Assembly: GCA_043228905.1 (NCBI GenBank)
Contig: JBHGNT010000015.1
Location: 14,880,001-14,944,000 of the forward strand
DNA: 64,000 nt
Direction of reading: 5' to 3'
DNA from: Azolla caroliniana
Lineage: Eukaryota; Plantae; Polypodiophyta
The translations under genes were made by a program, and so were the position numbers. How positions within the stretch are numbered: position 1 is the stretch's first letter; each line of letters starts with the position of its first letter. The notes beneath the pieces were generated by a model. That model was not told the origin of the DNA. It made no database searches and worked only from the letters and a program-made list of their open reading frames with translations. Positions 49,801 through 60,827 of the stretch are shown here, piece after piece.

Positions 49801-52800
49801 ACTATTGTCCGATAAAGAGTGTAGCGCTTGTTCCAACTCCAATTCTGTAATAGGTGACATCAATGAATCTTCCATTGCTTGAGTAACCTTGGGTTGAATT
49901 TCTGCCCAGACCTTCATTCTATTTTGGCTGATATCCTCAAAGATAGGCTCTTTTGACAAAAGGGTAGCATAGAATTTCGTGGCAATTTCCCATACAACAT
50001 TTGGATCCATTTCAAGTTCGCCATTTTCATTCCGCAAACAACAGGTTACATATTAGAGACTCTCTTGGGGCCTTTAATATTAAAAAATTGTTTTGTACAT
50101 CTATCGCCAATTTGTGTCCATCTTGAAGCAGAATTGTGATATCGAAATTGACTACGACATTCTTCCATATGTTGAACTTGTTTTCGGGCTTCTTCAAGAT
50201 GTGAACTATCCATGCACACTCTGGCCGACCTTGTTGCAATCTTTGCAAAGATATCAATCTTGCCCTCATCCTTCTTTCCTTCTCTTGATATTCCATATAT
50301 TCAGATCTTGATTTTAACGCAAAATATTGTGATATCTCCGTCAAAGCACAAGTCACTTTGATTGTAATGGGAACATCCATATTATCTTTGTTCTGCCAAA
50401 TATTTGTTACTTGATTATACCATCTATCATGTAACATTACTTTTTCAGGTATCCTAAATCGTATGGACTCCCTTTTCGATTGCCCAAAGGTTCTGAATAT
50501 AACAGGAGCATGATCAGAGAAAGTTGTGCCTGGCATAATAGTGATATTTCCCCCATTTAAGACAAAGGCCTCCCCCACATAAAATATATCCAATCGTGAA
50601 AGATTGGTTCCAACAATTCTTCTATTAGAACGTGAGAAACTCAAGGAATCCTGAGATCTATAAACATTAGGCATATGTCATGCATCCAAAATACTCAATT
50701 TCAAGCACATCTGTTCCCAGACTACTAATTCCTCCCCATGAATTGTTGAAACACTCCCTCCTTTCCTATCCTCCGGGTCCTCAAGCATATTAAAATCCTT
50801 TGCAACACACCAATGAGACACATTCGGTAATGCATTTGTAATTTCACACCAAAAGTGTTTCCTAGCCGATACATGATTTGGCGCGTAGATATTCAAGTAA
50901 CCCCAAGTTGTATGCAAATCTTGTAATACAATATATTGTGCTCTTCCTGGCACAATGATCTCTTTGCATATAATACTTGCTTTCCAATGATGTGCTATTG
51001 CCATACACACCCCGCCTTGTGTACCACTAGTGCCAATAGTCGGGGACCAAAACATCTCCCAACTACCAGGTAATATAGTGCCATAGTTCCTTGTTCTTTG
51101 CTCATTCAAATGATGTTCTTGAAACATCATAATATCCAACGACCCATTTGTGAGACACTTTTGTAATGCTTGCCTTAACCTACCTCTATATCTTTGATAC
51201 AAGGGACCTCCCAAGCCCTGAACATTCCACGTGAGGAGCCTCATTAACAATTGTTAGAGGCCGAAGCAGACCCGATTCTACGAGTCTTAGAGGATGGTTC
51301 CACGGAGCTTACACCCCCCCCCCCCCCCCCCCCCCCCCGCCATCTCCCATAATCACCATTTGGCTTTTGAGTATGTCACAACCTTCTTTAATGAATCTCC
51401 AATGATGATGGGCCCGAGCCTTGGCTTGGCTTTCTGGCACATCATCTTCATGAATATAAACATATCCAAAATCAAACAATATATCTAAGGTACATCCAAT
51501 ACAACATGCTTGCGGTTCATTGCATCCAAATACGGAACCACTAAACAACTTGCATTCTCTAACCCCCTCAATATTGTTTCCCCCAATTGAGGATTTTGCA
51601 TGTATTTGGCAAAATACAAAACTTGTCCTCTCATGGCCAACATAACATTCGGTTGATTCCATATGTCACTTCTCTCATAAGCACATAATGGAAAGGAATA
51701 ACCAACAAATGGGCTTTCCACTTGTTTTTGTCTAAATAAAACATGGACCCTTATTGCATTGGGTTCATGAACATCTTTAACACCCAAATGCTTTGTGAAA
51801 TCATGCCCAAAGGGGGCTGCATAATCAAGTATTGAAAACCCACCATTTCCGGTATCCTCCTTCAACATTCCACATGTTCTTATTGTGATTGCATTATCAA
51901 ATTTTTGTGATCATAACATTCTTTTCGAACGAAATGTTTGGTTGGATGGTACTAACATTTCCCCCCCTTATCTCAATAGTGGATGTTGGTTGTTCTTGTG
52001 TATCAGTTTCTATGTCCATGCATTACACGCATTAGGGGTGAGGCATGTCTCTTGCATAGGCACCGTACGTGTCTTGCATCCATGCTTAGCCTTTACATTT
52101 ATCCATTGATTGTCTCTTGTTCCCCTTGTGCTCGTACACCCATACAATCTGAGGCTAGTTTCTCTTGACATTTATCTGCCGCACGCCCTTCTTGTTTACA
52201 ATATTCACAAAAACGTTTTTTTTCCCCCAATTTAACATTTCTCCTTGGGCAATTCTTGGCTAAATGTCCCATTTGTCGGCAATAGAAGCGTTGTCCAGGG
52301 AGTCCGGCAAACTCCACCTTTTGTTCTATAAAATCCCATTCTTCATTTGGTAGCTTTACCTTTGTAGGTAAGTTTTCGAGTGATCCTACCAAGATTCGGG
52401 CTGACGGAAATCCCGACATTTTAGTTAATCGCATAGCCATACTTTCTTGGACTCTCACTACTGTTCCGATCCTCGAAGCTATTGCTCCAAGCATCGGTAA
52501 ATACTCCTTGCGTAATCCCGGGAAGACAATCGTTAACGGAAATATCCGATTTGCTTTCTGTATTGCATCCATAGGATTAAAACCTTGTTTCCAAGGCATC
52601 ACAAATGCACGACCACCTCTTACATCAAGAGGACTATGTTCCAACATTATGCCCACTGATTCAATTGTATCCAATTCCACATGATAAAATCCTCGTCCCA
52701 TAAATTGGACATCTATTAATCCATGCATAGATGCTTGTAATAAATCTTTGCATTCACCTCTATTCGGCCGAGCTCCCACCACTCCGCAAATCACGGAGAG

Positions 52801-53010
52801 TTGAGTTAGACGTTGAATCTCTGATTTGAATTCAGCCTCTTCTTCTGTCGAGAATACGATCGGTAGAGGCCGCTCCTCAGATTTTGTTGGCGGGGATGCT
52901 TCTTTAGAGTTCCCCTGTTGTGTCGTTGAGGCAGCTCTCTGTTGCACTCTCTCTCTTCCGTGTTCCTCCATCTCGTTTTTCCTCTTCGCAATGCTTGATT
53001 ATGTTGCCAC
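46863..53010 (-). mobile_element. L1-clade LINE #2, near full length, frameshifted
   Basis: ORF1 52971-~51300 with zinc knuckle (YCRQMGHLAKNC); ORF2 51250-47032 with EN (TWNVQG, NIYAPN, SDHAPV), RT (LDFEKAYDRV, FADD) and C-terminal CxxC..HCLWEC; A-rich tail at 46863-46884. Confidence 0.93.
48757..48983. repeat. 114-bp tandem duplication in LINE ORF2
   Basis: tataaaattcctaacctgcac...cccaaaatgc occurs at 48757 and 48871. Confidence 0.9.
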
Positions 53011-53039
53011 CCACACACATAAATAAATTAGATATTAGA

Positions 53040-53201
53040 TAGCATATAATCCATACCTATTACACAATATACAAATTTATACATACATATATGGATACAT
53101 ACATAGATATATTACATATGTAAATACATATTCCACATATCACCATATATATAGACTATACTAAACCATACAAACCACAATACTTACATATATACATGTA
53201 T

Positions 53202-53239
<38 letters not shown>

Positions 53240-53993
53240 TAGGTATATGTATACTTACACATACATTGGATATACATATATATGCATATTACATACATAT
53301 TACAAACATACATCCATAAACGAGCCATATACATACTAAACATGAAAATACCCCAAAAATATACATACATAAATACCTTACATATATATGCATACATACA
53401 TTCATACATTTACATACATATGACCACACACACACACACACACATACATACATTGGATATATACATACATATTATGCACATATTACAAACATATTCATAC
53501 TCATTCAATCATGTATATCATATCACCATATATATACATACATATGCCTACAATGTTATAAGTTTTACAAACATACATCCATACACATATATACATACAT
53601 TACATACATGCATACACATAAATATATACATATACATTGATACATACATTACATATGTACATACATATATACATACACATACATGCATACACATAAATAG
53701 TTACATACACATAGATACATACATTACATATGTACATTCATATATACATAAATATTACGAACAAACATCCACACACTCATGTATACATATATGCATACAC
53801 TGTTACACATACAAACATACATACATTACATATATACACACATGTACATTCATGTACATTCATGCATGTACATACATACATTGCATATGCATATATTACA
53901 ACCGTATACATTCATACTAAACACATTCATATACATTGAATCATGTACATTGACATATGGATATATGCATACACATACATACATACACACATA

Positions 53994-54073
<80 letters not shown>

Positions 54074-54725
54074 TGCATGCATGTATATATACATACATAC
54101 ATTACATATGGATATAAGCATACACAACATATATTACATATGGATATATGCATACACATACATACACATATGTACATTTGTACATGAACATACCTATATT
54201 CATTTATACATTGCTACACATACATACATTAGATATATACATAAATATTATGCACATATTACAATCACACATCCATACACATTGAATCATTTACATTGTC
54301 ATATGGATATATGCATACACATACATACACACATACACAATACATTACATATGGATATATGCATACATATATGTACATTCTTACATGGACATACATATAT
54401 TCATTTATACATTCCTACATATACATACACATATATACATAGATATTATGCACATGTTATAATCAGAAATCCATATACATTGAATCATGTACATTTACAT
54501 ATGCATATATCCATACACATATGTACATTTGTACATGGACATACATACACACACATGACATATGCATATATGCATACACATATGTACATTCGTACATGGA
54601 CATACATACACATACACATACATGACATATGCATATATGCATACACATATGTACATTCCTACATGAATGTTTGAATGTTATGTTTAGTATGAATGTAGGT
54701 GCACACAATCTATGCATGTATGAAT
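53040..54725. repeat. TACA/CA/TA low-complexity region including a long (CA)n
   Basis: (CA)n at 53208-53238 and 53996-54069; degenerate acatatgcatacac units. Confidence 0.9.
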
Positions 54726-55034
54726 GAATTAATATAGCCATTGTGTCATTACAATTTGTTGAGCCAGAACACTTCTATATATCAATTGATTTTTACGTCC
54801 TCCTGAAGTTTTTGTTGAGGATTCAAAGCAAGTTATACCTGTATTTCTTTTTTAGTGTGTGTCTGTTGTTAGCTAACTTCTAATGAAATACATGAGATAA
54901 CATGGTTTGTGTTCTTATCTTGCTTTAATAACATATATAGATTATGAAACAATCATAATATAGTCATGTGGTTTTTTATATAGTTCATATTTATAGGTTC
55001 AAGTGCATGGGCTTAATATGTAAACTTGACATGT

Positions 55035-55108
55035 TGCTCCAAGGAGGGCTTGAACCTCCGACCTTATGGTTAACAGCCATATGGTCTAGCCAACTGAGTT
55101 ATTGAAGC
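55035..55108 (-). pseudogene. tRNA-Asn(GTT) pseudogene
   Basis: GCTTCAATAACTCAGTTGGCTAGACCATATGGCTGTTAACCATAAGGTCGGAGGTTCAAGCCCTCCTTGGAGCA; T arm intact, D stem broken. Confidence 0.82.
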
Positions 55109-55982
55109 ACGTAAATTTTATTGACTGTCAAGGAATACAATCACTAATCTCACATTTATTTCACTTATTTTTGGATTTCTTTTTTCACACATAAATTATG
55201 TCTTATTTCTGAATAAAGAAATAACTATTGAGTGCAAGGCCCCTTGTATTTGCAATTGATTAATCCAAAATATTTAGTTTGAGGTGTTTGTTTAGTATAT
55301 TATATATGCATCGTATTTCAATCTTCAAAGAGACCTTCTTTTCCTTATCCGTGAATTCAATTCTGCTTACCCATTGTGTTGTTACTATTTGGTGGGCCGG
55401 AACAGTTCTATAGATCGATTGAGTTTTAACTCCTGTCAAAGTTTTTGCTGAGGATTCAAAGCAGGGTATACACATCTTTCTTTTTTAATGCGTGTATCTT
55501 GTTAGCTAACCTCTAATTAAATACATGAGATAATGTGGTTTGTATTCTCATCTTTGCTTTAATAACATACATAGATTATAAAACAATCATAATTTATTCA
55601 TGTGGTTTTTTATGGAGGTTGTGAAAGTTAATATGTGGAAGCTTTGACAAAACTGGTTACACCAGATAACAACAAAGAATAAACATAGGTTTAATGGAAG
55701 CTTAGAATACAATGTTCATGGGAGAGACAGAGAGAGCAGGATAGCATAATTGCAATTCAAAATAATAGCGCTTAGTATATATAATGTGCTAAGTGAGCAC
55801 TTTTATACAAGTCCTGAAAAAGGATTAACAGAAGTACTGACAAGTACTTCAATGCTCATACTAGCGATTGACACTGACTCCTGAAAATATGCCTACGTAC
55901 TTGGCTAGATTTGTAGCACTCTAACGGCCTACCGGTTACAATCTGATTTGGCTCCTAGTTGCGGATGCCATCCGGACCCCAA

Positions 55983-56833
55983 TGTCATAGTGTATTTTGT
56001 ACACTACTTGAAAAACGTATAAAGCACCCGATTTAATAAATATGAAGAAAATATGGGAATACATTTTACATGCATAGGGCAAGATTCAAACCTTGTACCT
56101 CCATGTTAATGATTTGGAGCCTTACTATTATACTAACATATCATGAGTGTTAAAAAAGTAGATGTCCCACATGAAAAGGTAATTTCACGCATATCTTTTA
56201 GGAAAAAGCTTTAGCTAGAAGAAAAACGCATTAAAAAGAAAAGAGCTACATCTGCAAATCTAGGGTGCATGAACACTATAGTCGAAAAACAAAACCGCAT
56301 GACATTAGAAAAAGAATGTTAGAGAAAGCATATAGATAGAAAAAGCATAGATTGCTAAGACTCTCTCATCACTATATAAGGATGGGGAGCAAATTGTAAT
56401 AATGTTGTTGATGCTTGGGTTTTTTATTACAATCAAAATATTGATTAATATAATACTTGTGGGATTCACAAGTTTTGATCTCTTTTTTCTATCTACTCTA
56501 ATTTATTCTAAACTATATTAATTCGTGGGATTCACATTAAACTAATTCACTATATTTGTGGGATTCACAAGTTTTGATCGCTTTTCTCAAGCTACTCTGA
56601 TCTATTCTAAGCGATTACATTAATTTATTACTATGATTTTAATTATTACGTTAAACTAATTTAGTATATTCATGGGATTCACAAATATCTATCCCTCTTT
56701 CTTACAATAGACACATATTCTTATTAGCCTTAACACTCTCCTCCTCCTAGTCCATAACCTCGGTGGTTTCCACTTGACTCACACAACGATCCGACGTCGA
56801 AAGGCATGACACAATTGGTGAACCCGACATGAA
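55983..56833 (+). mobile_element. Gypsy family A 5' LTR (55983-56811) and tRNA-Trp PBS; internal region deleted
   Basis: Near-copy of 9653-10408 with an internal ~100-bp duplication; tRNA-like cassette at 56077-56135 on the minus strand. Confidence 0.88.
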
Positions 56834-56959
56834 AACGGGTGCGTATTCCGCATCGAATTCCGACTACGACAATCATTGTGGAATGGTCACGAATTCTGAC
56901 TACGACAATCGTAGCGGAATGTTCATGATGAGGCACAAAGCACACTCAATGACGACTTA

Positions 56960-59420
56960 AGGTGAAAAAAGCACCACACCCTTATAGAATGTATGGTTTG
57001 TTGACTCGGGAGCATCCAACCACATGACGTCTCATGAAGATTGGTTTCGGGAATTACGAAAACCCGAACGTCCCGGATATGTCGAGATAGGCGATGAAAC
57101 GACCCACCCAATACAGCATATCGGGAACGTTCCATTTGGAAACGACGACAAACAAACCTACCTCAAGAACATACTGCATGTTCCTACAATCACGAAAAAG
57201 TTGGTCTTGGTCGGCCGGATTGTCGAACAAGGAATGCAAGTACGATTCCACAATAATGGGTGCTTTATCAAAAGAGGCGATCGAGTCATAGCTCACAGAT
57301 GTCATGAAGGCCGTATGTTTGTCCTTGAATCGAAGGAGGTAAAATCAGCTATGTTTGCAAAGGGCCTCAAAGTTGAAACAGACTTAAATTTGTGGCACAA
57401 AAGAATTGGCCACATCAATCTCCATAAACTTCAGAACACTTTTACTCGGAAGGGTCGAGTAAGTCGAGATGTCGTTTTCGACGAGTCCGCATCTTGGTAT
57501 GCACTAGAGACAAGTTCGACTCCGATTCCGCTCGACCTGAAATCCGCTGAAATAGATATAAAAATCGAAGATTCGCTCACTTGCATGTAAGAAGAAAGCG
57601 TGATTACGACAAGGCTTAGTGGGCCACAAGCGCCCCCAAGCGATCAAAGCACATCTCGGCCGAGTCCGAAGCCGAACAAAGGGAAGGAGAAAATGCCGAA
57701 GTATGAAAACGATTAGTTCGACGGAAACAAATTGAGTCACTCCCTCGATAGTGAGTTTGAAGGCCTTCACATCCAGGAGCCGGAAACTTTTTCCGAAGCC
57801 GTGAAGGACTTGCTATGGGTCGAAAAAATGAACGAGGAGATGCAGGCACTTTGCAAGAACGAAACATGGGATCTCGTTCTCCACACCACACAAGAAGGTG
57901 ATCAGTTGCAGATGGATCTACAAGGTGAAGTACAACGTCGGCGTCTCCGTAAACCACTGCAAAGCTCGACTCGTAGTGAAAGGATACGCACAAACACATG
58001 TAGTCGACAACGAAGAGACATTTGCCCTAGTGCCAAAGATGACGACTGTGCGGACCGTAATTGCACTTGCAGCGGCGAAAGGGTTGCACCTCCATCAGAT
58101 GGATGTAAAGAACGCCTTTCTTCAAGGTGAATTAGAAGAGGAGGTATACCTGGTACAACCACCTGGCTTTGAATCGCGTACTCATCTGAAAGCCGTGTCC
58201 CGACCCAAGAATCCACTCGACGGCCTAAAGCAAACACCACATGCTTGGCATTCGAAGATTACGCAATATCTTTAACAAATCAACTTTCGAATGTTGAAAT
58301 CCGACAACTCCATCTATGTACGAAACGACTCTAGAAGATTGATTGTCATCATCCTATACGTGGATAATCTAGTTACTGGAGGTGAGCATTTAGTTGACAT
58401 CAAGAAGGTGACATCCCTCCTCTCCAACAAATTTGAGATGACGGACATGAAGGAACTTCATTACTTCCTTGGAATCGAAGTAATTCGGATTCCGACTGGC
58501 ATTATGATCTCTCTACGACACTACATCCTCAACTTGTTATACAAGTTCGGGATGGCTGTGTGCAAATTTGTGGCAACCCCTCTTGATCGAAACCTCAAAC
58601 TAGATGCAACCTCCGGCATAGACGAGTGCAAGCTGACTCAATATCGACAACTGATCCGGAGCCTCATCTATCTCACGATCACTCGACCCGACCTCAACTA
58701 TCCGGTGGGCCTCCTTAGCCAATTCATGCAAACTCCTCGAGGTATCCATTCGATTGTGCTATGCGAGTATTACGATACGTGAGTGGCATAATGGATTATG
58801 GAATCCTCTACACATCAGCCACACCAATTCGACTCGAACGGTACACGGATGCCGACTGGGCCAGCTATAGAGCTGATCGATGATCGACCTCTGGATTTGT
58901 CTTCTCGCTCGACAATTGAGCAATATCTTGGAGTAGTAAGAAGCAGCCTACTGTCGCACTTTCGAGTACGGAGGTCCAATACAGGGGCCCAACTGTAGAT
59001 GCATGTGAAGCCCTATGGCTCAAGAGGATTTTGAAGGATTTGGGCGTTCCCATCAAGGATCCGACTCCCATTTACTATGACAACATGAGCAGTATATATC
59101 GGGCTCAGAAGCCAATGTTCCATGCACGCACAAAGCATATCGAAGTGCACTATCACTCATTCGAGAGTGTGTTCAGGACGAAGATGTCGATCTTCTACAC
59201 ATCAACACGAATCTTCAGACAACCGACATCTTCACCAAGGCCCTAGGAGCTGACAAGCTTCGCCAATTCATGTCAGACCTTGGATTGACGATCCCTGACT
59301 TGCCAAACTTGAGGGGGAGTACAAGAGAGAAACAGATACCGTCCGAACCGGGTACCAACAGAAGCGGACATCAATCGAAAGGAACCGATCCGAGTTGAGC
59401 CTGAGATTCAACCTCAACAT
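56960..59420 (+). mobile_element. Degenerate Copia pol (PR, INT mostly deleted, RT, RNase H)
   Basis: WFVDSGASNHMT, LWHKRIGH, QMDVKNAF, YVDNL, KHIEVHYH; TTGAGGGGGAG at ~59309. Confidence 0.9.
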
Positions 59421-60079
59421 AGTGCAATGTGTGAACACACCTTTTGAGATTCTATGATTACTCAAAGATCAAGAGTCACACCACTATCTCTCTACACATT
59501 GGGTGGAAGCACGCTACGGTGTACCAGAAAAGTACTGTTTTTGGCCACAAAAATTGTCAATACTTTCGATACTATTGGTACTGAATAATTCAGAAAAAAA
59601 AAGTAGAGAAAAAAAAAATCGATTTTGGAGAGTGGGGTGACTGTAGTACAAGTGTCATTTACTACAAGGAATGGAGGGAACACGTGAGGAGATGTTCTTT
59701 CCATTTTGGGGGCTATTTTCCCCTCACGTCGATTTTGGCGCTTCCCCTCATGTCGTTTTTGGTGGTTCCCCTCATACTCCTCTTCCTCTATCCCTCTGAG
59801 CTCTTCATCTCAGACATCCATGTCACGTTTCTGCTTTTCCTCCAATCTAAGAGTTTTGTTAGGGTTTAGGGAGCAAATCGCAGACATCCATGTCAGGTTA
59901 GAGCTTTTGAGTTGAGGATTTCTGGTTTTTTTAGGGTTTCTATTGTTGTTAGGGTTTAGGTTGAGGAACAGAGATTGTTCTAAGGCCTCTTATAACAGCC
60001 AATAGTGACTTCTTCGACAACGACTTTCTTACTTCCACCAATTGCAATTTATGTCGTGGTAATTTGGGGCTTTTTCCAT

Positions 60080-60545
60080 CGAGGCGAGGATCCTTCCACC
60101 GAATCCAGGCGGCATATCACAAAGATTCAAGGCGTCCTCCACCATTGGAGGTTCCTTCCACTAAATCAAAGCGGCATATCACAAAGATTCAAGGCACCCT
60201 CCACCATTGGAGGTTCCATCTAGCAAATCGAGGTGGCATATCACACAGAATCAACGCTCCCGCCACCATTGGAGGTTCCTTCCATCCATTTTTTTATTTT
60301 CACGACTAAAATTTTTCATTTCTTCATTTTTCAGTACTAAATTTTTTGATTTTACAATTGTCAAATTTGTACATCATGCTTTCACCATCGGAGGTTCCTT
60401 CCAGCAAATTGAGGCGGCATATCACACAAAATCAACGCTCCCGCAACCATTGGAGGTTCCTTCCATCCATTTTTTTATTTTCAAGACTAAAATTTTCCAT
60501 CTCTTCATTTTTCAGTACTAAATTTTTAGATTTTACAATTGTCAT
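60080..60545. repeat. ~63-bp tandem units plus a ~180-bp duplication
   Basis: ggcggcatatcacaaagattcaaggc..cctccaccattggaggttcc repeated about 4-5 times. Confidence 0.8.
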
Positions 60546-60827
60546 ATTTGATCGGTAATTCTAATGTTTGAAACCAATTATTTCTCACTTTGCAGGCCAC
60601 ATTTCAAAACATTAACTACTATTTCCGGACACTTAAATTTTTTGGATAAATCTAGTGACCAAATGGGGGTCCCCAACGAGAGTGAGTTGTCAAGTAACTC
60701 ATGTATATCTAAAAGGACCAAGAGACGAGTGGTTCTTCACATAGTCCGTTATTTGGTAGAAATAACGAAGAGATTTCGTGAAGAGGATTGTAGGGATATT
60801 ATATGTAGAGTGTTACACCATCAACGT

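Larger units (their letters stand above)
54736..56840 (+). repeat. Segmental duplicate of ~8765-10415 (tRNA-Asn unit, Copia LTR fragment, Gypsy LTR and PBS)
   Basis: Colinear similarity, including the identical Gypsy-into-Copia-LTR junction (9653 vs 55983). Confidence 0.85.

Noticed and set aside
53282-54741. His/Thr/Tyr/Ile-rich ORFs up to 243 aa
   Set aside because: Translations of CA/TA microsatellite sequence.
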